DNA of 64,000 nucleotides. Source: Macrostomum lignano (Eukaryota). The stretch lies in the NCBI GenBank assembly GCA_002269645.1, contig NIVC01003679.1, positions 1-64,000 on the forward strand, given 5' to 3'. Both the position numbers and the translations under genes were made by a program. A model generated the notes under the pieces. That model did not search any database and was not told where the DNA came from. It saw only the letters and a list, made by a program, of their open reading frames with translations. Of this stretch, positions 36,886 through 48,940 are shown piece after piece (position 1 is the stretch's first letter; every line of letters begins with the position of its first letter).

Positions 36886-37392
36886 TTGGGAGTTCAGCTG
36901 GGGGATATGGGAGTTCAGCTGAGGGATATGGGAGTTCAGCTGGGGGATATGGGAGTTCAGCTGAGGGATATGAGAGTTCAGCTGAGGGATAGGGGATTTC
37001 AGCTGAGGAATATAAGATTTCAGCTGAAGGATATGGGATTTCAGCTGAGGGATATGGGATTTCAGCTGAGGGATATAAGATTTCAGCTGAGGATATCGGA
37101 TTTCAGCTGAGGGATATGGGATTTCAGCTGAGGGATATAAGATTTCAGCTGAGGATATCGGATTTCAGCTGAGGGATAGGGGATTTCAGCTGAGGAATAT
37201 AAGATTTCAGCTGAGGGACATGGGATTTCAGCTGAGGGATAGGGGATTTCAGCTGAGGATATCGGATTTCAGCTGAGGGATAGGGGATTTCAGCTGAGGG
37301 ATAGGGGATTTCAGCTGAGGGATAGGGGATTTCAGCTGAGGGATAGGGGATTTCAGATGAGGATATCGGATTTTAGCTGAGGGATATGGGAT
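36886..37392. repeat. 21-bp minisatellite GGAGTTCAGCTGAGGGATATG upstream of TM2D3
   Basis: About 24 units ending 18 bp from the candidate acceptor. Confidence 0.95.
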
Positions 37393-38149
37393 TACATACA
37401 TGTAATGCATACAAATAAAAAAAATCGATAATAATGAAACCAAATAATAAGATTATATTGTAAAAGTTACATGCATTGCACTAAAACACGATTGCAACGT
37501 TGACAACAGTGAAATAAAAGCACAATGATTGTAAGAAAATCTAAACATTAGTGACAAATGAATACATGAACATGCTAGCTAGTAGTACATGTAGCTCAAC
37601 AGGCCTATGGTAAATGTAAAAGTTAGAACAAGAGATTATACAGAGAGAAAAAACCACATGCTGTTCAAAAATTGGTCAGCAACAGCAGGCGATCACAGGA
37701 CAAATCAAAACAAAGCTACGAGTTTCACAAGCTGCACAAACAGTTGACCTTCAAAAGTTAGGACAAAAGAACCGAGGGAAAAATCATAAAACTGCATTGC
37801 ATTGCAGCACAAGCACTGGTGGATATGCTATTGAGACTCCGGTAGTGGAACATCTGTAGATAAAAAATGGTGCAAGCAGACAGGAATTCATTGTCCAGTG
37901 AGATTGCCGCAGCTCCAACTTAGCGATGTCTTGGAATGCAGGCGACAGCAGCTTCGGCTTCAGAGAAAAAAAGAAGAGAAAGGAGATGACAATTTACTGG
38001 CAATAGTGAAACACAGTGCGCGGCAGAGCAGTGCTCAAAATGGTGTCTGGGAAATCAGAGGTAGATTTCTATTGCAGAAAAATATTAATACGAAAATATG
38101 GTCCCACTGAAATTGGACTGAAACAGACAGAAGGGGCACAAGAGTTTTT

Positions 38150-38400
38150 TAGCGTGGGGGGCGGAAGGGATTAGTAAGGGGCGGAAAGGAATAGTAAGGG
38201 GGCGGAAAGGACTAGTTAAGGGGGCGGAGAGGACTAGTAAGGGGGCGGAAAGGACTAGTAAGGGGGGCGGAAAGGACTAGTAAGGGGGGAAAGGACTAGT
38301 AAGGGGGCGGAAAGGACTGGTAAGGGGGCGGAAAGGACTAGTAAGGGGGGCGGAAAGGACTAGTAAGAGGGCAGAAAGGACTAGTAAGGGGCGGACAATA
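38150..38400. repeat. ~21-bp minisatellite AAGGGGGCGGAAAGGACTAGT in the M-Ras 3' UTR
   Basis: About 11 units. Confidence 0.9.
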
Positions 38401-38426
38401 AAACTGCAGGGACGCGCAGGCGAGGA

Positions 38427-41400
38427 TCACATGACTCGGCATTTTCGTTTGCGCCTTGGCGGAGGCGGCGGCGCCTCGGGCGGCTGCATGCGGATGGCCT
38501 GCACCACAGAGTGGAAGGCCTCGTCCACGTTGAATGGCGGGTCTTTGGCGCTGGTCTCGATGTACTGGATCTGCGGGAAATTGGCATAGCGGCTAGTACG
38601 ATGATAGCTATGAGTGCACCACACAGCCAATCCTATGAAATGAACTAACAACCTGCATTCCTTGGCTCATCAGCAGACACCCCAGTCTCTCAGCAGACAC
38701 CCAGTCCAACAGCAGACACCCCAGTCCATCAGCAGACACCCAGTCCATCAGCAGACACCCCACTCCCTCAGCAGACACCCCAATCCCTCAGCAGACACCC
38801 ATTCCCTCAGCAGACACCCCAGTCCATCAGCAGACACCCAAGTCCATCAGCAGACACCCAGTCGAACAGCAGACACCCCAGTCCCCCAACAGACGCACGC
38901 GAAGGCGTATTCAGCACGCCAGTGAAGTATGAGACAGACCAGGCCTATGGGCTACGGTCTGCGATGCTTCACGCCTGCCCCTATCTTCAGCAGGTCAAGG
39001 CTGGAGGGAGGTCTGCACCCGCTATTTGCCGCTGGCAACCGCAGACCCCCCCCCTCACGCTGTTTCGCAAGTCGACCCAGGGTACTCGTCCCCGCGTGTG
39101 TTCAAGGCAGACCCTAGGGCTGCTGGACAGACTGGGCTCCGACGCTGGCGACCCATCCAGTGGCTTCGGCCGAACTTGGGTATGCAGGTCTGGCTTGCCA
39201 GCCTGCAGGCCGTGGTACTGCTTAACGTACCCCCTATTGCATAAGGTGTTTGACCGTACCGATGGGCTGGAAGGCCGGGGGGTTGTCCGGTCGCTAGCGG
39301 TCCTTTTCTTTTTCTTCTTTCCTCTTTCTTTTGTGACTCTGCTCACTCCTTCCCGCTTTCAGCTATGGCGTCATCCGCCTCTTTCAACCCCGCTGAAGCC
39401 GGGGCCCCGGCAACTCCGGCCGGTGACTCTGGCACCAGCGCCGCCCCACCGGGGGCAGATGGGCTTGCCGCCGGCTCCGCCGGTGACATGCCCGCACGCG
39501 CAACCGGGCCCTCCGCTGAAGCCCGACGCGCCCGTAACCAACGCCGCAACGAGCGACGACGGCGACTGCGGGATACTGCGGGCCGGCCACCGGCGGAGGG
39601 GGAACCTAGGGAGGGCGAGGCTGCTGTTGGGCCGAAAGGAGCCACAGCAACCCCTGCCCCCCAGGATACAACCCCCGCTGGTGAGCCACCCAGTAAACCT
39701 GCTACAAGCGCGGCCGGGCCTTCGGGAACCGCAGCCACCAACTACGCCTCAAAGGTCAAGCTCCAACCGGCGGTCATCGTCTTCGGGGAAGAGCAGGACC
39801 TCACGGCCGACGAGCTCGACAGTGCCTGGCGCACCATTGATGCTGCGCTCATCGACCAGCTCCTGGCGGGCCGCCCTGTGAGCGTGGTCAAGTCTGCCAA
39901 GACCGGCGGCTGCATCTTCATCTGGTGCAACTCGGAGGAGAGCAGCCGCAATCTACGCGAGCTTCTGCCAAAGCTGAACTGGCCCAAGAAGCTCGGCAAG
40001 CTCGTCTTCGCCAGCGAAGGCGAGTGACAGAAGACCCAGCGCTTTCGCGTCTGGATCCCGGCCGGCAGTGCCATTAAGTCCGGAGATCAGCTTAGGCAAA
40101 TATTGCTAAAGCTGCACCCCGACCTTGAGGTCAATGGGCTCCTACACCACGCCACTTCCCGCAAGGAGAAGGGGGCTACGGTGATCCTAGGGCTCTCTGA
40201 TGACTGGGCTAAGCGCTTGCCGCCTAAGTCCACAATTCATATTGGTCTGACTAAGCTGACCATCCTCCGTTGCGAGGAGCGGAAAGCTGATGAAGCCAAG
40301 AATGCCAAGGCTTCCGAAACCGGAACTGGGGCCCAGGCTCCTCCGGCAAAGAAGCCGAGGCAAACGGTCGACCCTATGCCCGGTAAGGCAGTTCGCGCTG
40401 CTGAAACCGGAAACCGAAATCGCAGACCCGCCAGGAGCACCCGGAGGTCCGGCCTAATACAGCGCGCGCTGGACCAGGCCAAGAGCCTTCGGGCGCATCG
40501 TGAGCGGGCCCGCGCCTCTCGCGCTCCACCCCAACAGCCAGAAGGCCAGGCTCTAAGCGGGGAGGCTCCGACCGACTGGTTCGAGTCTGTGACTCACCAG
40601 GAGGCTGGCACCACCCGCATCGACCTGACCGACGAGGCAGAGGGGACGGGCAGTGACAGCAACGAAGCACGCAGGGGAGGCGACGGTAACGTCCACGCTG
40701 GGCTCACGTCCGCGGAGGACTCCACAGCCACCCTAACTGCTGAGGACGCTGAAACTCCCATGGAGGTCTGCGGGTCACCCACCACTGAAAAGGAGGATGA
40801 TGATCTGCTCAACGATTCCCCAACTGCGTGATAATGATCAGCAACCAGGGAATCCATTGCCTGCAGATTAATCTGCAACACTGCGTCGCAGCCTCGGTCA
40901 ACCTTATGCGTTACGCCGAGCTCGACAAGCCGGGGCTCATCCTCGTCCAGGAACCCTGGACTCTGAGAGGTAAGCCTCAAAACGCCCCTGCTGGCTACAA
41001 TTGTTTTTATACTTACCCTCGCGAGGCCAACCAGCCTCCCAGAGCTTGCATCTTTGCGAGAAAAACGCTCAGTGCGTGGCTCAGATCGGACCTGTCCAAC
41101 AGGGACATCTGCGTCATCCAATCCGAGGACCTCCTTCCTGGGAAGACCACCCTCATTGCCTCGGTTTACTTACCAGGTGATGCTGCGGTCGTCCCCAGAG
41201 CCCTCGCTACGCTGGTAGAGCTTTGCTCTGCCAAAAACTACGAGCTCATGGTTGCCGGCGACATCAACGCCCACCACACTCACTGGGGCAGCACTGGCAC
41301 TAATCAGAGAGGCGAAGACCTCCTAGCCTACGTTGCCTCTACGACCCTCGAGTTCTGCAACTCTGGGTCCACCCCTACCTTTGACAACGGACGGTGGTCG

Positions 41401-44400
41401 GAGGTGATCGACGCTACGCTCGCAACGCCCAGACTCTACCAGAGTATTGGAGCGTGGCGGGTGCTTCCAGTGTCCTCACTCTCGGATCACAAGTTCATCT
41501 CCTTCAACCTAATGGCCGCGCGTTGCGCAACTCGTGTTACGTGGAGACGGAACGCCAGAAATACTGATTGGGAAACCTTCGGGCTCGCCCTGAAGGAATT
41601 CCATCGGTCTCCTGGCCAACCATCCACGATCACGTCGTGCCGAGAGGCGGATGAGTGCGCGACTGTTTTGACAGAGACGCTAACCGCCGCCTTTGAGGCG
41701 TCCTGCCCTTTAAAAGCCTATAAAGGGAAAAAAATCCGCGCCGTGGTGGAATCCCGAGCTCGGCAACCTCCGTCGCAGGGCTAAGAGACTCCACCGCAGA
41801 GCAACTAAAACTAAGAGCCCAGCGGACCAAACCGCCTATCATGAAGCAATTCATGAGTTTAAAAGGCAGGTTAGGAATGCAAAGGCTCAAAAATGGCGAC
41901 AATACTGTGAGGAGCTAGAGGGCTCACGCCCCACCTCTAGAGTTGTGAAAGCGCTCACGCTGGACAAAATGTCTAAGCTCTCCTCGGTCAAACGCACCGA
42001 CGGTACGTCCACGGACAACCCAGGGGAAACGCTTGATGTAATGCTCACTGCGTTCTTCTCCAACGAGCCAGCTAACCCGACCACTCCGGATCACTCGGAG
42101 GGAGGTCACGCGCTGGCCGCCTCTATCATCACGGAGGACCGCATCGTGAGAGCGGCTAATTCCTTCAAGCCTTTCAAAGCCCCAGGACCCGACGGCATTG
42201 TACCGGCCCTCCTAAGAGAGGCTGTTAAATGCCCAGGCTTCCTGCGCAAACTTTGCAGCCTTCTTCGGGCATGCATCACGCTTGATTATGTCCCACAGGC
42301 ATGGACCGAGGCAAAGGTGATCTTTATCCCTAAGCCAGGCCGCCCGGACTACCATTCTATCAAATCCTTCAGACCGATCAGCCTGACCTCCTCCCTGGTC
42401 AAGCTGATGGAGAGACTGGTGCTTTGGCGCCTTCTCTCTGTTGAGCTGAAGAACAAACCTCTCAGCGAGAACCAGCACGCTTTTCGGGCGGGTCGCTCCA
42501 CTGAAAGCGCGCTGCACGTCCTGGTCGATAAACTCGAGAAGGCCGTGCTTGGTAATGGCTTTGCTCTGGGGATCTTCCTGGACATCATTGGCGCCTTCGA
42601 TAACGTCCTCTTTGAGGCGTTCCGAAGAGCTCTTTGTGAGAGGCAAACGCACTCACATCTCACCAGATGGATCATGTATATGATCAGCCATCGCACGGCC
42701 ACCGCCAGTCTGCTGGGCTACCAGAGGACGGTCCCCGTCTGCAAAGGTAGCCCGCAAGGTGGGGTGCTGTCTCCAGTTCTCTGGAATATGGTCATCGATG
42801 AGCTCCTCCGGGATGTTCGGCCTGACCCCATTCTGAAAGTTGGATATGCGGACGATGTCACCGCGGTGGCATCTGGTCCGTCCCCTGATACCCTCAGGGA
42901 CCTTCTTCAGAACTTCATCTACGCCGCTGAGCAATGGGCGTACCGCTGTGGTTTAAGGCTCTCTGAGACTAAGACCGCAGCGATCATGTTCACCAGCAGG
43001 ACCAAGTGGCAGATTCGGCCGCTCACGCTTTACGGAAGGGAAATCCCCTTCTGCAAGCAGACTAAATGTCTGGGTATTACCCTGGACCACAGGCTGAACT
43101 GGTCACCCCACGTTCAAGCAAAAGCCAAAAAGGCCTTCGTAGTCCTCGCGCAATTGCGCAGGGCTGTCGGCACCACCTGGGGGCTCACCCCCAAGCGCCT
43201 CTGGTGGATCTACACTGCAATGGTTAGGCCCGCTATCTCGTATGGCGGCCTGATCTGGGCTAGCGCCCTGCAGGTAAAGACCTGTCTAGAGGCTCTCAGG
43301 AGAGCGCAAGGGCGCGCATGTCGCATGATCATGAGCGCCCCTCCGTCTGCTCCTTACGATGGCCTCAACGCCTTCCTCAACATTCCTCCGCTGGAAATCT
43401 TTGTCCGCAGGGAAGCGGCTAAGACTGCCCGCCGTCTAGCTGACGCTGGCATTCGAATCCAGCCCCATAGGGCCATGGCTAAGCGCAAGCTTTTGCCCCA
43501 CGCTGACCTCTGCCTCAAGGACTTGAGAGACAGCGGCGGGCTCCACGTCTTATCTGACGGCGAACCCCGCACTCTCAACCTCTTTCAGCGCTACAAGGTC
43601 ACCATCCCCTCTAGGGATGCTGCCAATGACCACTGGAAATTCCAGGAGGTCCATTGCTACACGGACGGATCCATCAAAGACGGTCGCGCCGGCTTTGGGG
43701 TCTGCATCATCATCGACGGCCGCGTAATTGCCACGCATGCCCAGCACACTGGTAGACTCTCCACAGTCTTCCAGAACGAAGTTCTTGCCATCAGCTCTTG
43801 CGCTGCAGAGCTGAACGCCAAGGGTACGAGAGGAAAGACTATTGTCATCCACTCCGACAGCCAAGCGGCCTTACAGGCCCTTTGCCACACCACAACGAAC
43901 TCCCGGACAGTCGCCGACTGCGCCCGGCAGCTCAACCTCCTGGCCAGTAGCAATACTGTCAGGCTGAAATGGATCCCAGGGCACGCAGGCTTTCCGGGGA
44001 ACGAGCTGGCAGACACCCTCGCCAAGAGGGGCGGCTCTGGCTCTTTCTTCGGCCCTGCCCCCCTGGTCCCTATGCCCTTGACAGTCATCAATCGTCAGAT
44101 CGACGACTGGGCTGACTCCCTCCACAGGGACAGATGGGCGGGCACCCAAAACTGCCGGCAATCTCGTGCCGCGGTTCCCTGCCCGTCTCGCAGGCTCAGA
44201 AACATCCTTCTGAACCAGAATCGGAAGGATATTCGAGCCCTTGTCATGACCCTTACTGGCCATGGCTACCTCGCCAGGCACTGCTTCCTCCGAGGTGACC
44301 TCGAGAGCGAACTTTGCCCCTTTTGCGAGTACGACAATGAAGATGCTCAGCACTTTGTTTGTCACTGCCCTTTCTTTAACAGAGACCGGCTACGCTACCT

Positions 44401-45975
44401 TGGGCCGAACCCGTCCATTGACGAGGTCTGCCAGCCCGACAGCATCCCACGGCTCATCCAGTTCCTTCGGGCGACTAGACGAGCCAGTTTCTTCCCAACG
44501 GAAGATCACGCTGCAGGACGGACCGGCGGACCACCCAGACTGGCCCCACGCCTCTGCCTGTCTGCGGACCTTCAGGGGCTAGCGGAATGGGCGACCCTCG
44601 CCTCCCCGCTGTGTCTACGGACCACCCTGCAGCTAAGTCAAGTAAGTAAGTCAAGTCCCCCAACAGACACCCCAGTCCCTCAGCAGACACCCCAGTCCAT
44701 CAGCAGACACCCCAGTCCCCCAGCAGACACCAAAGTCCATCAGCAGACAACCCAGTCCATCAGCAGACACCCCAGTCCATCAGCAGACACCCCAGTCCAT
44801 CAGCAGACACCCAAGTCCATCAGCAGACACCCCAGTCCATTAGCAGGCACCCCAGTCCATCAGCAGACACACACCAGTCCCTCAGCAGACACCCCAGTCC
44901 ATCAGCAGCCGGTACCTTGAGCTGACTGGCCAGCTGTTTGCCCTCCTCCTCGCAGACCCGCCTGGAGTGCACCAGGTCAACCTTGTTGGCCACCAGAATC
45001 ATGGGGTAGTGCTCCTTGTCTTTCACGCGCAGGATTTGCGTGTGAAAATGGCGCATATCGTCGAAGCTCTTACAATCGGTGACGGAGTACACCAGCAGGA
45101 AGCCGTCACCCTTGCGCATGTACTGCTCGCGCATGGCAGAGAACTCCTCCTGGCCTGCGGAGAGGGGACGGGCTGGGGAGCTGAGACTGAGGGAAGTTGG
45201 GATTTGAGCAATTTAAGGATAGCTCAGTAGCTCTATGGTTAGATGGATTAATAAAAGACGGGGATGGGAAGAGGCAGGTAGGGATTGGATTTCAAGGATG
45301 GGAAGAGGATGGTAGGGATGGGATTTGGAATGGGAAGAGGCTGGTAGGGATGGGATTTGGAGTACGAAGAGGCTGGTAGGGATTGGATTTAGGATGGGAA
45401 GAGGATGGTAGGGATGGGATTTGGGGTACGAAGAGGCTGGTAGGGATTGGATTTAGGATGGGAAGAGGATGGTAGGGATGGGATTTGGAGTACGAAGAGG
45501 CTGGTAGGGATTGGATTTAGGATGGGAAGAGGATGGTAGGGATGGGATTTGGGGTACGAAGAGGCTGGTAGGGATGGGATTTGGAATGGGAAGAGGCTGG
45601 TAGTGATGGGATTTGGGGTACGAAGAGGCTGGTAGTGATGGGATTTGGGGTGGGAAGAGGCTGGTAGTGATGGGATTTGGGGTGGAAAGAGGCTGGTAGG
45701 GATGGGATTTGGAATGGAACGAGACCAGTAGGGATCCTCACAAGCAGCAAGGCAGCAGACCTACCAGCTGTATCCAGGACATCCAGCAAGTACCAGTCGC
45801 TGCCAATCATCTTGTACTGGATGTAGGAGTCCTCAATGGTTGGGTCATAGTCCTGCACAAACATCTTCTGGAAGAACTGAATGGTGAGTGCACTCTTGCC
45901 AACACCGCCATTGCCAACTACTACTAGCTTGTAAGTTTTGATGTTCTCGTCACAGTTGGGAGGTCTGTTGGCCAT
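38427..45975 (-). CDS. MRAS: M-Ras small GTPase, 197 aa; exons 45765-45975, 44916-45154, 38427-38570
   Basis: [57 protein letters not shown] and ETSAKDPP (the FFQK and SAKDPP motifs are M-Ras specific); polybasic RRKRK plus CAAX CRVM; GT-AG junctions with phases 1 and 0. Confidence 0.95.
38668..38894. repeat. 20-bp minisatellite CAGCAGACACCCCAGTCCAT, left part
   Basis: Continues at 44654-44908 beyond the LINE. Confidence 0.93.
38895..44653 (+). mobile_element. Full-length LINE with APE endonuclease, RT, RNase H and CCHC finger (R1/LOA/I group), 5759 bp
   Basis: 15-bp TSD AGTCCCCCAACAGAC (38880-38894 and 44654-44668). ORF1 39365-40831 has one in-frame TGA at 40025. ORF2 starts at ATG 40834: QINLQH, VQEPW, GDINAH, SDH; [17 protein letters not shown]; [20 protein letters not shown]; CPFC...H...C. 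One extra A in the run at 41728-41734. (TAAG/CAAGT) tail. Confidence 0.95.
44654..44908. repeat. 20-bp minisatellite, right part
   Basis: Same unit as 38668-38894; abuts the M-Ras exon 2 donor. Confidence 0.93.
45255..45718. repeat. 32-bp minisatellite in M-Ras intron 1
   Basis: Unit GGGATGGGATTTGGGGTACGAAGAGGCTGGTA. Confidence 0.92.
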
Positions 45976-47333
45976 GCTGCCCCCACTGGATGGCTCAGGA
46001 GTTCAGAATCAGTACAAAATTACATTTTGAGCATTCCCATTAAGCACAAATCCATTGACTAAGAAATACATTAAATTTAGGATAAAGATAGATATTTAAA
46101 ATTTTATCAATAACTCTAAAATAGAGGTACATATCATACAGATATAAATAAAATATGATTAACGATAAGGCCATATTATTTTTAGCTGTTAGATTTTAAT
46201 TTCTCTAAGGTCCTAAGATTTTTAGATTATAGGAATATAATTAGGATTCATTGGTCTATCTACTATATTAAGCATATACAGGTTAGGTTAGATAAGTTAG
46301 TTTAGGTTAGAGGTTAAATAATTTAACCTCTTTAGATAGGTTAGATAGATTAGGCAAGACTTGCATCCCAAATATGCTAAATAATATCCCAATTATTTTA
46401 TAGTCAGGATTAGGTATTCTGCCTTATTTCTATAGAACTTATAATTTTTAATATTAATAAAGAAAAACATTTTATAAATACAAAAAGTAGCAATTCAAAT
46501 GTATAATTTTTAAAACATACTGTAAATATTTATTTTTAATTTTTCTTTTTGTATAGATCTAAGTGTATAGTAATGCCAAAATATTATTTTTTTGCATAGA
46601 ATTTACCTTAAATTTGTGTCAAAAGGCTATTGTTCTACCTTTTAAAATATTGAAGTGATGCCACCAATGTTGTGTTAGGGATAATGGTTCTTTCTTAAAA
46701 TAATCATACCATTGCCAATAAGAAGTGATAGGGGATTTACTGCCCTCTTAACAATATTCTAGAGCTGCTACCAAACTTGTTATAATAGGATAATCAACCT
46801 CTGAGCATAATTCTTAGAATATACTTGAGTATTTATCCAAGTATAAATTATGGAAGACCTTTTTTATTCATTTTTTGTATGCAAAAATCTAACTTTTTAT
46901 GCATTTCAAATCTACACAATTACTAAGAACAACATTTTGTTATACTGTACAAATTTTTCAAAATATTTTTCCAATTTTTTTTTCCTTTAAATAGTCAAGA
47001 AAAATAGTATAAATAGAAGCAATTTTGGGCAATGAGAAGCATGGCTCATTTGAGCTTTGAATCAGCCTTTATCCTTTACTAGTTAATTAAGAAATTGTTA
47101 ATGAGTTCCAAAGAGATCCTTTTCAAGAAGTGATTTTCCAAGCTAATTCATTTTATAATGAAGTGAAATAGGAGGGAGTGCATACAGTATATACTACTAA
47201 GTAGAACATTGGAAGGAGAAATACAAAGTAGATCTCAAAACATATAAGGACAATGACCCTCTGATCTCAGTAATGCCCAGGACTAGAAAGAATATACATG
47301 CAACATTGCAGTGTGGATACTAGTAGTAATAAT

Positions 47334-47736
47334 TAGAGGTCGGACAAGCAGAAAATTTTGGTCGGGCGTGAAATTTCGTGAAATTTTCAAAGTTGGGCAG
47401 TGATCATGATCGTGAATTTATATTTACATACACATATTTTGAGCTCGTAAGTTACAAGTGTTGAAAATAACAAAACAAGAAAAGAAATATTTATAAATTG
47501 ATAATAGCTACTCAGTAATTCTGTCAAATCAACAAATTTAAAATCTATTACTCTTTTACACATTTGTGTTCACATATTTTGGTAAACCAAGTAGAAAAGT
47601 TATACTTCTAATAAAAATGTAATAAAGTGGAAATTCACGACTATCGTGAATAGGTTTCAAGGAAATCACGATCGTGAAAAAAATGGTCGTGAATTCACGA
47701 AATTGTGATCACGATCGTGATCACATCCGACCCCTA
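47334..47736. mobile_element. hAT-like MITE (403 bp)
   Basis: TIRs TAGAGGTCGGA / TAGGGGTCGGA, imperfect 8-bp TSD GTAATAAT/ATAATAAT, many subterminal TCGTGA/TCACGA motifs. Confidence 0.8.
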
Positions 47737-47984
47737 ATAATAATAGTAATATAATTGCTTAGTCCAAATTTGCACATAATGCTAGCAGAATGACATTGAG
47801 AATGCTATTAGTATAGAGCAGAAACACTACCAATAAAAGGGATAGCAAGTGCTTAGAATAATACTTAGATTTCTTAGAATAATATGTAGATAAATACTTA
47901 GAATTATCCTAATAATAATTCTCAGTCATATACTTAGAGGCATTCTTTCATTTTACAAAACTTGTATTTTGTGTCAATTTCATT

Positions 47985-48535
47985 ACATGTATAATATCCA
48001 ATAGAAAATAATGAGGATTGAAAAAGTACAGCATGTTTGCAAAACAATTGTAACTAATAGAGCACAATTCTTATATGTTTATTCACTTTCATTATATGAT
48101 ACCCTAAATGGATAATTTGTTAAGAATGCATTGCAAAACAAAAGTAAGAAGAGATGTAACAAAGAAACAAAAGACCCTAAAAATAAAATCCTTTTCTTGT
48201 TGAATTAAAAAAAGAGCTAACAGAATTTCATTTTGCTGCCATGGCTAGAAAGAAATAGGTATAATAATATTAAGAACTCAATGTTACAACGATAAGAATA
48301 TTGTGTGTCTATGTCCAATTCTTACTATTTCCCCATATTTTTGTTTCTATCCGCCCTCACTTTTGTTTTATAATGCATTCTTAACAAATTCTCTATTTAA
48401 GGTATTGTATAACAAAAGTGAATATAAGGATTGTGTTTTATTAAGCTACAATTATAGAATTTAGATTTTTGTAATCATGTCTACATTTTGTCATTTATTT
48501 CAATTCTTACTATTTTCTATTGGGTATCATATAAC
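47985..48535. mobile_element. Decayed long inverted-repeat (foldback/MITE) element
   Basis: About 47985-48170 aligns to the reverse complement of about 48320-48535 (e.g. AATTTGTTAAGAATGCATT..AAAACAAAAGT; CCAATAGAAAATA). Confidence 0.65.
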
Positions 48536-48840
48536 AAAATTGATTCAAATAACCAATTGGACTAGGCCTATAGGTATTGTAATAGGCCTACAAAAGAATG
48601 CCTAGGCCTACCTAGACAATTACTTAGACTAATACCCAGACTAATTCTAAGAAATTAGCTCTAGATTTAGACCCTTGTAACAATTTTAATTAGGCCTATC
48701 ATAGTAGGATATTTACAGTGAGAAGCAAAACCTTGATAATAAAATATATAAGTCTTACTTAAGTATAGGCCCTGTATCTAGGTATTTGTAGGCTGTAGCT
48801 CAACTAATCCATATATATGCTAATATATGTTGATTTAATA

Positions 48841-48940
48841 TCTGTCGCCAGATTGTCTGTCACCGGATTGACTGTTGCCGGATTGTCTGTCGCCAGATCG
48901 TCTGTCGCCGGATCATCTTGTTGCCGGATTGTCTGGAAGC
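48841..48940. repeat. 15-bp tandem repeat GATTGTCTGTCGCCG
   Basis: About 6 units. Confidence 0.8.

Noticed and set aside
44480-44920. C-terminal extension of LINE ORF2 as a novel domain
   Set aside because: It is read-through into the 3' UTR, tail and 20-bp satellite.
45905-45930. M-Ras P-loop GNGGVGKS as an activating variant
   Set aside because: The Asn is at the position equivalent to Ras residue 11 (Asp in vertebrate M-Ras); the G12/G13 equivalents and Q61 are intact.
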